A stretch of 64,000 nt of DNA, from positions 62,001 through 126,000 of the forward strand of contig NIVC01002578.1 of the NCBI GenBank assembly GCA_002269645.1, read 5' to 3'. Source of the DNA: Macrostomum lignano. Lineage: Eukaryota. The position numbers were made by a program, and so were the translations under genes. Position 1 is the stretch's first letter, and every line of letters begins with the position of its first letter. The notes under the pieces were generated by a model, which was given only the letters and a program-made list of their open reading frames with translations, searched no databases and was not told where the DNA came from. Shown piece by piece: positions 17,801 to 29,800 of the stretch.

Positions 17801-20800
17801 AAACGTGAGCAAATCTGATTGCGGTACAAAATCTTTGACCAGCGACATGCCCGATGCCGCGTCGGTGGCGTTGTTCTGCACGCAGTAGTGGCAGGCCACG
17901 ACTTCGGAGCTTGCGGTAGTTGAATTATCGAGGAAGGGATTGGTTTTGAAATTTGTAGTATAAAAATTATGCATTGAAGAATAAAATGGATGAGAATTTA
18001 GCAAAGACGAAGACCATTTATAGTTTAATGGATTATTGGGTAATAGAGACGTAGCTGGTTTTTAGAAAGTTATTAAGCATCTCACCTCTGGGCAGTGTAT
18101 TTCCAAGTGGCGCACCTACAAGTGGCGTACTTGAACTGTATAGTTTCAGCTAGAGCAGTCTCTATGGCAGCCTGCTTAGCCTGGAAGCCAGACTCTAGCA
18201 ACGAGTAGGTGATGCAAACCGCTGTTTCAGTTGGATCGAAAGTGTCGATTCGAACCGTTGCCGTGGAAGTGACCGGCGGCGTGCCAGAGTCAATGGCTAC
18301 CGGGTACTGAATGTACTTTGAGTAGCGAGATGTACTCTGATCCTGGGCGGGACTGACTACTCCAGTGAGCTGTCCAATCACGAAGTTGGTGCTCAGTGAG
18401 CCCCAGTTGTAGTGGACATCTGATCCTGTGACGTCCCTGTCTGTGGCCGAGAAGGTTGCCAGGGTCAGGGATGTCCGCTGCTCCCTGATCGGGGTATAAT
18501 GAGACGGGTTCTCGTAGTGCATTTCATGAAGTTCACATCGTCGAAAGGAATAACCTTTCAGAATCTCGAATTTTCAGAGGTTGTGAAGGCAGACACTGCG
18601 GTACGATTCACATAAAATGCTCCTACTCATGTACCCATGCTAGCGTTATCATTTGCATCAGTTTTCATGTGTAAGGTTGCTTTTTTATGCGTCAGGGTGC
18701 CAGGGCGCTACTTTGAGCGTCAGGAGTCAGGGGTCTAGCGGAAGTGCAGGCAAGGAAGGCTGCTTCCTTACGATGTCACCCTTGGATGTCGTCAGATGCG
18801 TCGCTGTTGCTGTCAGGGGAGTCAAACATATTTGAGTATTTATTAATATGGGGGGTCGTCCCCCCATGGCGCGAACGCAGCGGACTCATTTACAGTGGCT
18901 GAGCACAGCCCTCAGACAAGAGCAAATACGCTCATAAATACGCTTTAATTATCCGTATCCAGCATCGCGCCCATTCCCATTTTCCGGACAAGTGGTTGCT
19001 AACCGCTAGGCTAGAGTATATACATATATACGAATCAACCTGGTTGTTGGCGCAATTATCGTCGTCCTTTTATAGGGAGGCAGGCAGACTCTGCCCAACC
19101 GCCGCCCGGGTGCAGTCCTTGTTGCACTTTAGGACGCATCTTTCCCTCTCTCTCTCCTCTTCGCGATAAATAGTTTCGCTACTCAGCTTCGCTAGACTCG
19201 GCTGGATGAGCAGTCCATCCCTTCCGTCCAGGAGTGTATTATAGTCTTTCCATTCCTCTGTTTCACTAAGATTTCCCGGGTCATTTTTTCCCTTAACTCA
19301 CTTCCCAACCATCCGGCCAGGAGGAGGGGAGGGGTTGTAGGAAGGTATACAGTATACGAGTTCTGGTAAGAGCTGGAAATCTACTAGCTAGTAAGAAGAG
19401 TAGCTCTAGGATTTCATCATTGGCTTCCTGGCTACTTCTAATGTATAACTCATAATGGCTCATATATTATATATATATATTATTATTCTGGCATCAATAT
19501 ACATACTTATCGGAAAAAAGAAAGAGGGCGACTGGCACGAGGGGGTAGGCGAGTTGGTCTGGTCCAAGAAATGGTTGGTTGAGCCTGCTGCATCCCGTGC
19601 CGAGTTCATCTCTATTCCACTTCTTAACCCTCTTATGAGGCCGTAAAGCTCTTGTCCCAAATATTGAATAGCTAACTGACATCCGCTTGGGGAAGGGTTT
19701 AGAGACAGCGGAAAGGCAGCTTCTGCTTCCCAAAATGATTGCTTTCTCTACTGATTGAGTATTGGAGAAGCTGCTCGGGATGACAAGGAGAGGGCAGGGA
19801 AATGAGACACTAGTAGGAGACAGTTGGACGGCTACAAAATAAAGAGAACATTTCTAAGCTTCATTTGGCAGCATAAAAAATCAGACTCTCCTCAAAACTT
19901 GATTGATGAACCACTAGTCCGCTAGTTTGCTGGGATTCCATGGGTGCTGGCGCGGCAGAATTCCCACACGTGCTCATGGGGAATTACGCAAACACAATCA
20001 CTGCCACTCACTTGTAAGCCATCTCGGTGCTGATGAAAGTTTTAGCAAACGTTGGCGCATTGTCGTTAACATCGTTGACAGTGACTACTGCTCGCGTTGA
20101 CGCCGTCTGCACCGGGCTGCCTTTGTCCTCGGCGATGACATAAAATTCCAATGACGCGTAGGTTTCCCTGTCGATTGGAGTTTTCACAGTCAGGATTCCG
20201 GATGTTGCGTTTAGCTGAAATTTCAGTGCAGTGTTTTTGTCTTATAATTCCGATATCTACGGAGTATCAGCAGCCAATGGTGAAAATGGTGTATGCTACC
20301 TTCTAAAACAACTATAATAGGAACTATTCAATGGCAGAAACAGACCTGAAAGTAACTAGCAGCCAATGATCCATTCAATCTGGTTGAATCAATTCGATAC
20401 AGGGCAACAGCGTTGTCGCCAATGTCGCGGTCAGTTGTGGTGAACGTCACAACTTTAGTACCTGCAGGCGAGTTCTCGGTAACGGATATGCCAGTGTCAT
20501 AAGTTGCCGTAAACACCGGTGGATTATCATTAACGTCGGTAATAATTATTGTGACTGTGCCAGTGCCAGTTCTCTTCAGAGCTATGCCATTGTCTATGGC
20601 CAATAGTCGCAGCTGATAGGTGTCCCAAGCTTCTCGATCTAGGGAACCAACTTTCACTTGGATTTGACCTGTCAAGAATTAAAACAAGAGTCATTGTAAG
20701 AGTCGAGAATATTGTAAAGAAAGAGTTCTAAGTGGTGCTCGTAAGGCTCCAGAACATATGGACCGCACTCGACAACTTGTCGACGTGAAATCCCCAGAGC

Positions 20801-23800
20801 AAAAGGAGGGGACATCAGTCGGTTTGGTCCCCGTTGCTTTTCGAGCTACTTTCATGAGCTCCACTTCCATTTTGTAGGAAATCCATCTCCTAATCTTTAT
20901 TCATTAAGTTCCAAAGCATTTTTAGGGTTATGGAAGATTAAAGATAGGTGCTTTGCCAATTTTTTAAGTGCTCCATTTGTTCTATTAGCTAAAAATACAG
21001 ATGAATTTACGTGGCTGTATTTACGGATCTAATGTACTCACCGCTTGTTGGATGAATTTTGAAGTAGTCGCCGCCACTCGTAGGCACCAACACCGCATCG
21101 ATTTTGTAAGTGAGCGACGCATTTTCACCGCTATCCGGATCGCTGGCCAGAACAGGCGCTCCAACATTGAAGTCAACGACGCTATTCTCTGGTACGCTTC
21201 GAGAAACTGGCACAGAGCCAAATGTCGGCGTATTATCGTTCACATCGCCAATATTAATGCTGACGGTGGTGGTTGCCGTTTGCACTCCATCTGCTGTGCC
21301 TCGGTCAGCCACCAGTACAGTGATATTGTACGACGGATGAGTCTCTCGGTCGAGAAGACCACCGGAAAACAGTGACAGTTGACCGGCATTGCTCATGGTG
21401 AAACTATTGGCTGGCGTAAAGTGTACAATACTAAACTCTAGCTCCGCATTGATGCCAATATCTGCGTCAGTCACCGACAAAGTGTGAAACACGGTTCCTC
21501 CAGGTGCATCCTCCGACACCCAGGCGGTGATGGGAAGTCCTCCAAATACGGGCGCATTGTCATTTCTGTCCAATATGGTGATGTTTAGCAGACATGAGCC
21601 GGTGTTTTTCGATGGGCTGCCGTTGTCGACTGCGGTTAAATAGAACTGGTACACACCTTTGGCTTCCCGATCTAGCGAAGCTGACGTTTTGATGTTTCCG
21701 TTAGAATCCACTTAAATTTGATAACGTTTTGGGGAGGCAAAGTATCAGTTTGATTCAATAGAAAGCGAGGACACATCTAATGACAAGATTTGTCCTGTCG
21801 TCAGAGCACTTGTTGACCATGAAGCAAGTCGCGCTTGGTTAGTAATAATTATTTTTCAAGAAATAATATTCCGAAAGTTTTTGAAATACCTGTAAACTTT
21901 CCACCAGCGCTGGACGCTCCGCCATCAGCCGTTACTAGCGAGTACAGGCTAATCTGAGCATTCGCATCCTTGTCTCTATCGGAGGCGGGCAGCGTTGCCA
22001 CCAGAGTGTTGGTCGGACTATTCTCGTAAACTGTCGCCTCTTTCGGGCAGACACCAAAGCTCGGGGTGTTGTCATTTGCATCTGAAATTGATTAGTACAG
22101 ATGCTCGGGTTGGCTTGAATTCTTTGCTTTCCAGACCGAGGATCTCTTAGAATAATGTAATTATCATCTGTCGGTGCGCCGCTAGCCACATGGGGTCTCA
22201 GGCGGGGTTGCTATTGATCTCCACTCGTCATTACCCTTCCTGCCTTTAGTTCTCCCTTCTCGTCGCGTCTGTCTCGCTCTCCCCATATGCGTTTTGCGAG
22301 CTGCCGCGTTAATCCCTAGAGATCTGCATAGATGATTAGAGCGGAGCGACGGTTTCAGATGGTTTCGTATTTGCACTCAACCGCACAGCAGGCAGGTTGG
22401 CAGGGATAGACTTTGCCCCAGCAGAGGAAACAGCGGGAGCTGGTTCGCAGAATCTGACAGATTTTTCTACGAAAAATATGAAAAAACGGACAACCGCACC
22501 CAAGTTTGGGGTGTAGAGGTTAGGCAAGTTGAGACTGACTTGCTTGGAGGCTGGAGAGAGAGACCGGTCGTACTTTACTTCTAATCCAATTTCGGGCAAG
22601 AAATCCACTCGTAGGTCGCAGCTATCGCAAACAAGAGGGTAGGCAGGCGCACCGCTCAGTCCTGTCGTGCCTCTGTACAGACAAGAGTTTATTCCAAAAC
22701 AGGTGCGTGAGAGAAGAAGCAGGCGGTAGGTGTATTCATCACACTGTTATACTGACTGAATTTCGAATGAGCCTTGCCCGTCCATGCATGCTGCAGTGCC
22801 TACTAGGATTCGATTTCCAGCGCACACGTTCCGCAAAGAGGCCTAGAACTGGTTCAATATTCCTACGTGTGCTCATATATTCCCTTTGTTGTTAAGAAGG
22901 CCGCATCGTCAAGGAAGCGGAGAGATTAAATTGAGCAGTAACTGGAGTGAAATCTAACCTTGGCCGCCTACCGTCTTTCTTTCACGCCAAATCAGGTCGA
23001 ATACCATTGACTATCTGAAGTGGCTTATACTACACAGGGAGATGTAAAACAGATGTCTACCTGTAGCAGATCTGGAGAGCATTTACAAAAGTACATTCCT
23101 CAAGCGTGAGCGGGTTTTTGGAGCAACACGTACCTCAATTTAGGATGTGGGAAAGCATACAGATACAGACAAGTTGCTAGGGCACTTACAATAGGGCACA
23201 AAGGATGCTTCAAGTCGTGGGAAAAAGATCTATTTCCTCCTGAGACAGCTCACAGGATCCAAGGCATAATAGAACACAGGGAGTGTTACTTAGATTGTTT
23301 GTAGCTGGTTAGGAAAATTAACTTCTCACCCGAAATCACTATGGTAAACAGTTTGCTAGAGCACAGGCTCGGTGTGCCTCCGTCGCACGCCTTCTCCAGC
23401 AGATAGTATGTCTCCAAGAATTCCCTGTCCGGCATCTTCTCGGCCACAATGGCGCCAGTTGCTGCTGAGACGCTGAACGCTGGTGAAGTGCCATCGGGCG
23501 CCGTGCCAGTCAGCGAGACTAGGCTAAAAGTCACGGAGCCGTTGGCTCCGGAGTCCGGATCGAACACTGCCGGTGTGTACACAGTCTGCGGCAGGCCTCC
23601 ACTCAGGGCTTCAGACACCGTTACTAGCATTTTGGTTGGGGGTGTAAGTGACCAAATGGTATGCTTGGGCTTGGATAATCCGTTTATCATCGCACAGATG
23701 ACATATCTTCTAATTGTTGAATGTTATCAAAGTCAAACGTTCAAAGTCAAACTATTTAATATTCCATAAATAGAAAATTACTGCTACTCGTAGTAGACGA

Positions 23801-26800
23801 CGAAGAGTTTTTTGCACCAAAGTTTTCAGGATGTTTGATTGAAAAGTTTATATTTATCATTTACGGTTGACTTAGCTTAATGCTACAAGGCTTCGATGTT
23901 TGAAATAGAAGTCAATATAAATTCCAAGTCATCAGCTCACTTACGCGTATAAGTATTTGAAGAGTTCCAAGTTGGCGAATTGTCGTTAACATCCAGCACA
24001 GAAACGGTCAACGTCCAGGTGGCACTCTTCACCGGAGTGCCAGAATCGCGCGCCTCAACGCCTAGCAGGTACTTACGGGGACCGAAGTCGCAGTCCAGGA
24101 CGTTGGCGATTGTGACAATGCCGTCGGTGGGGCCGATGCTGAAGGCTGAGTCGGTGTTACCAGACACGAGCGAGAACGTTACTAAGCCGCCTGAGCCGGA
24201 CTGTTTCGAATAAGATGGTACAAAGAGTTCGGCTTTTAAACGCTTTGTCTGCTTTTCGAAGGAATCATTTGAAGCCTGTTAATGTATGTATATAACAAAT
24301 GTATTCTTCTAAATTTCTTTTCAGGTACCCTGGACGCCACAACCAGGACTAAGGAAATTCAGCCAATTTCACTGACTCCAGAGCACATGCATGTACAAGC
24401 GCGTCAATCCTGTACGCAGGCACGAACTCGTACACACGCTCACACAGGGTGTACAGCGGTCCTGACTTTCTAATCGTCAGGCATGCACACTCTCTACGTG
24501 TGAATAGCGCTTTGAGCGCGCATGAGCGCGAACGGAATCGAATTTGGGGTTCTTGGCGCGGAAGTCAGCTGTGATTACTGATCAGCTACTCTGTACCCTT
24601 TTCAAACATGTTAAGCATGCACTCACATCCAGATCCGTGGCATTCACGGTTAGCAGTCTCGTTCCCACGGCGGTATTTTCAGCTATGGATATCGACGCCG
24701 TTCCATAGAACGTCGGTGGAGCTGTGTTCACTTCCAATACTTTGACGAGGACTCGACAAACGGTTGACCTGGACGGCGAGCCGCCATCAGCAGCCATCAC
24801 TGTTAGAATATAGCTTGGTGTTGTGCTAGCCTTCAGTGGCGAAGTGCCAGACACTTGAAGGGAATCGCCGACCATTTTGATGGGTACTCCGGTCGTGCTA
24901 AGCGAGAGGCTTACGGCGTTGTTTGGAGAAGTTGCGTCGGCATCTGTGACGAGACCTTTAAACATAAACGGAATGGAAAGCCAATGTGCATCAGATTTAC
25001 ATCAATAACCTGAATTGGCCCGTTCATTGAAATTCCGCTACCTTAAGTAATATAGTCACATACATGTACTAAAATCCCGTTTTCTGGCAAAAGGCTTGAT
25101 TAAACACAGCCAGCAATAATTCTAATTCATGTATGAAGAACGCAGGGTAACCATAAGATATTTTGCAATTACACTTACCAGCAAAAGAAAAGATCGTAGC
25201 CCCATCGCTAGCTGTCTCAACTACGGACACTGAGTAGGTCGCCTGCGTAAAACTCGGCAAATTATCGTTCACATCTGTCAGAGACACGGTCATGGTGGCC
25301 GTAGCACTGCGTCCTGGACCGTCCGTTGCGTTGACCGTCAGCAAGTAGGTTGCAGAATCTTCTCGGTCCAGATTACGCACGGAACGCAAACTACCGGTAG
25401 CTTCGTTAAGAGTGAAGTAACCTTTGTCATTGCCGGCCAGTAGGGCGAATCGAACGGTGCCATGATTTAGTCCCGTGTCACTGTCTGGTGCAACTACCTG
25501 AAAATTTTAACGATTGGTCAAATATTCTGTGTTACTTGATAACACCATGAAGATGGTTAATTAGAGAAGAAAATATGTTTTTGATATTTTTGACGACAGA
25601 CTAGCTAGTAAAACAAAAACCCAATCTAATCAATAAAATCTTTAATGAAAGCGCATGGAACAGGCTTGTAAAATTCTAATATGTGAGCCTTAGAATACGA
25701 GATGCTCGTATTTATTACAGCAAGCGTTTTGAAGTAAGACACGAACACTGATAGAAACGCTTCGTTTTTATTCTGAATACGCTCGTACAATCTAAGAAAC
25801 TTTGAATTTGACTTTTAATACCATGAAGCAAGGTGTTTTGATTAATTAAAGTGAGGCATCGCTAATTGGGACGACTTAGAGAGCCCAATTAGCTGCCAGT
25901 TAATGAGGCTTCGCAGCACTTGCCTGGCCGACCTGCGCGCCCACAACCAAGTCTTCGCTTACAGTCGTAGTGAGGCTTGAAGCGGTAATCACCGGAGGAA
26001 ACTCATTAACTGGATTGACAGAGATGGTGAGCGTCACCGTGAGAATGTTGGCGGTATCCGGACCCTGATCCGACACGGTTATTTCTAGCACATTGTAATA
26101 CCGCAATGAGTAGCTCTCGTAATTTATTGCGGCATTGGTGCGTAAAGTGCTTCCAAGAAAATCGTAAGGCGTTGACGCTGCGGCGCCATCGACCTACGGA
26201 AAATCGATTGATAAAATTAGCTCCGTTAGCTATTATGAATATAACTTCAGTTGAAAAAACTACCTTTGCAACTAACCTTGCTAACGCTCAGTTTCAACGA
26301 GGTTCCTGCATCCGCGTCAGTACAAACAAAAGCCAGGACGTCTTTTGGAAACGAGGGCGACGTTTGATCATTTTCGTCGAGAAATACCGTGGTAGTGGAA
26401 CCGGGTGTTGAACAACTCGCCATGAATTCGTTCACGTTAGTGACAGGAACCGTGAGTGTTAGGGTACCGATGCGAGAATTTTTATCGGTTGCGACAACTT
26501 TCAGAGTGTGGCTTGTTGCAGTTTCGTAGTCTAGAGTGGCTGTATAAATTAATTGACGAGGAAAGCTGGTGAAATTCATCGCGTGAAAACATAGTCTACT
26601 TAAAATGACTGTGTGGTCGGTCTTTTTATATTAAATGCATTGAGAGTGGCCTATCTAGGGAATATAAGATCTATAGGTCGTGCTATGAACCGCCTAGCCT
26701 ACTAACGAGCAGAATCACGTCAATGCGTACTAATATTTGAGTGACCAAGTAGTGACCACCTAAACGGCCAGGAAACTTTCAAAGGCGACTGCAGTCTCTT

Positions 26801-29800
26801 ACATGTACATTGTCACCACTTGGACCAATCAGTGAGCGGTATTCAAGCACTCTTGCGATGCTGTCCCCTATACCTCCCTCGGCCTCCGCAGGGTTCTGCT
26901 TGGACCCAACCACAGGAACATCATGGCGGTCAGCCTTTTCCTCTTATAGCTACCTCTAGTGGAAATCTGTGGTGGGAATTGCCCATTCTGCTTCTTCGGT
27001 GTTGAGCTGCTGCAAGGGGTCCAGGCTCACCTATCTCGGCAATCTCTCTGAAGTTTTCAGGCCCGAGAATGTCTGCCAGCTCGTCCGCTATGTAGTGTGA
27101 GCATCTTTTGCGATAGCCTTGTATTCTATTAGTTAGGTTTTGCATTATTGTTATTAAATTGTTATTTTGCTTTAGTTTAGTCATACGTTTTTGGTGTACT
27201 TTTTCCTTGTTAGTTAGAATCAATTTTGCGTAAACAGGCTAGAAGTCAGACGCCATTTGTGACTCAGCGGAGGGTTGAGTTTTGTCTGCGAACCCCAGCT
27301 TTGCGCGGCCAGCCAATCAGAACCGGCCTGGACCCTGGCACGCGGCAAGTTTCAATTTTACCCGGCGCCGCGGGCACAGTGCAATTCGGCTTAAGCAAGC
27401 GGCCGGCCAGACGACCACCACCCGGCTTGAGGGGGGTTTTGAGGGGTTGTGACTCTGACTATATATGAAAGTGTGTTTGGCAATCGGATCTCGCCTTCTC
27501 TCCTCTCTTCCCCGGTTTTGTCTTGTCTTGTCTCCCGGCCGGTGGCCTAGCTGTTTCCCTTTGGTTCGCGCTTTGAGGCGCCTGAATTCATCACCCCCGG
27601 TCCATATTTTTGTTCCCGCCCAACCGCTTTAGTCTTGTGGCGTAACGTCTACGGCAAATTCCTGTCTGAAGTCGTCGCTATCAAGCGCGGTTAGATAGAG
27701 ACTGTCGGATCTGATCAAGTACGCGGCCTCGACCCCGAGGGCCTCAGTGTTACACTGAAGGGCAGTTCCGATAGAATTTAGTCGGTACTCCGTTGAACGG
27801 TCGGTTCGGCAGGGCTCTCGTTTTAGTGTAGGTTCTGGCTTAGGCCAGGGGTTAGGAGTCTTTCTCCGTGGTCCTGTGTTCGGTGCCTCCTTCTTCTCCT
27901 TCTTCTTCAAGCTGAGATCCGCTTGTCAGTGCGTAATATAATCATTATTATTAATCGTTATTATTCGTTATCATCAGTCTAATTATCTGCGCCGCGAATT
28001 TGCTTGAATCCTGTAACTTGAATAATCAAATTAAATCGTCTAGCCAATTATCAGTTGTATCACGTAGGATTATCACTCTCTAAATCTTTCGGTTTGTGTT
28101 CCCTCGTGTTCTTTATTTTCTTGTACTGTACCTGCGACTATTGGAGAAAGACTGGTAGGACTCGCCGACCGGCGATAGGCGATTAGGATTAATAGCTTTA
28201 AAATCTCCAAACGCTCCAAGTAGGTTTGTCTAGGGCCTAATTAATTGCTCGCCGTGCATGCTATTTATCTAATTGCCTATTTATCACAGCTACCTAATAG
28301 CTACCGGATGAGCGATAATCCAAATCATGTATTTTCTGTAGGGAGACCGCGACCGGATCTCCCTAGCGTGGTGTCGCAGCATTAGCTGCTCGTGGTCGCC
28401 AGAGGTTAGGGGAATGGGCAGCGGCGCCACCCCGCTGTTATCCGGACGTAGCTTAGCCCTCGCCCCCTGCAGCTAAGTCGAGTAAGTTAACTAGTATTCT
28501 ACTTATGTCTTGCGCATTCAAAGGATCCACTTTAAAAACGAATACTTTAAGGCACATATCTGCAATCTAGAGACAATCTAGTGTGTACTGAGCAGTACCA
28601 GTTGTATCTACAAGTATGTCTGGATTAAAAACTTTTACAGACTATACTAACCAGCCAGATAGACCTTTCCTGTAGCTGGATCAATCGAAAAGTTTCCATC
28701 GGCCGGACTGATACTAAACACGGGCAGATCCCACTTGTCAACGTGGCTGACAGTTGGCGAATACACCAGAGTACCAACAGGCGCCGATTCTAGGACGGGG
28801 CTAGTGGTGGCCACGCTCGGAATGAACGCCGGAGCGCCCTCCTCCGCGTCAAGGATGTTAACCTTGACGTAACAGCTGGCCGTGTTCGGTCCGGCACCGT
28901 TTTCATCCACAGCCAAAATGGTTAGGTTGTAGTAGGTTCCAGGCGGGGTCAAACTTTCGTAATTTAGACCGGGAGTAGAGCTGCGCGAAATTGATCCACT
29001 CGCTGAGTCGATTTGCAGAAAACTGCCCGTGTTTCCAGCGCCTGAAAAAAGTTTTAACGTTCTGAGTTTTGAACACTTTGCGTGCTAAAAACAGGCGTCC
29101 TTTGAAGACATCCTAGAACCCATTTTAAAGGACACTAGTTTGTTCCCTAGAAGCTGCTCCGAATCTTATGTCAGAGGTAATAAACCCAGCACAGGGAGTT
29201 TTTGAAGGTTTTAATACGTTAATTAGCTCCCATAGGACTCACTTATGGAGTATTTAATCTTGCCGTACAAAGCACTACTGTCCGCATCAGTAGCCGTCGG
29301 TTGGGTTCCAGTTGCAACAGTGTTGGTGGCAGCGGATTCCGACAGTTCCAAACTAAAAAGAATGACACCTTTTATAAATTAACTAGCACTAATTTGAAAA
29401 TTAATGCAACAAAATAAATAGGTTACTCGAGCTTACTTGTATGCTCTGCTGCCAAAGACTGGCTTATTGTCATTCACGTCGGTAACCAGGATTACAAGCT
29501 GACCTACTCCCTAAAATAAAGCAATAAACTTTGTTTAAAAGGTGAAAATGTCTCATGAAAAGGCATTGGCTTGGATTGTTCTTACAGTAAGGGAACCACC
29601 ATCAACTGCCAAAGTGGTAAGCACATATTGCTTAGGCGTAGCAGCAATAGATTCGTAGTCAAGCTGCCGCAACAGCAAAATTCCTCCCGAGCCGTCAATG
29701 CCAAACAGACCGCCTCCGCTAATTGTGACTGCAAAATTTTATAATGCTTATAGGGATTTTTCTTTAATAAGATTAAAAACTTCAGAGCCGAAGCACACGA

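Noticed and set aside
18690-18811. Extra cadherin exon (NSDASDDIQG)
   Set aside because: It hits a stop, and exons 24 and 25 already join in phase (EMAYK|EQRTS) without it.
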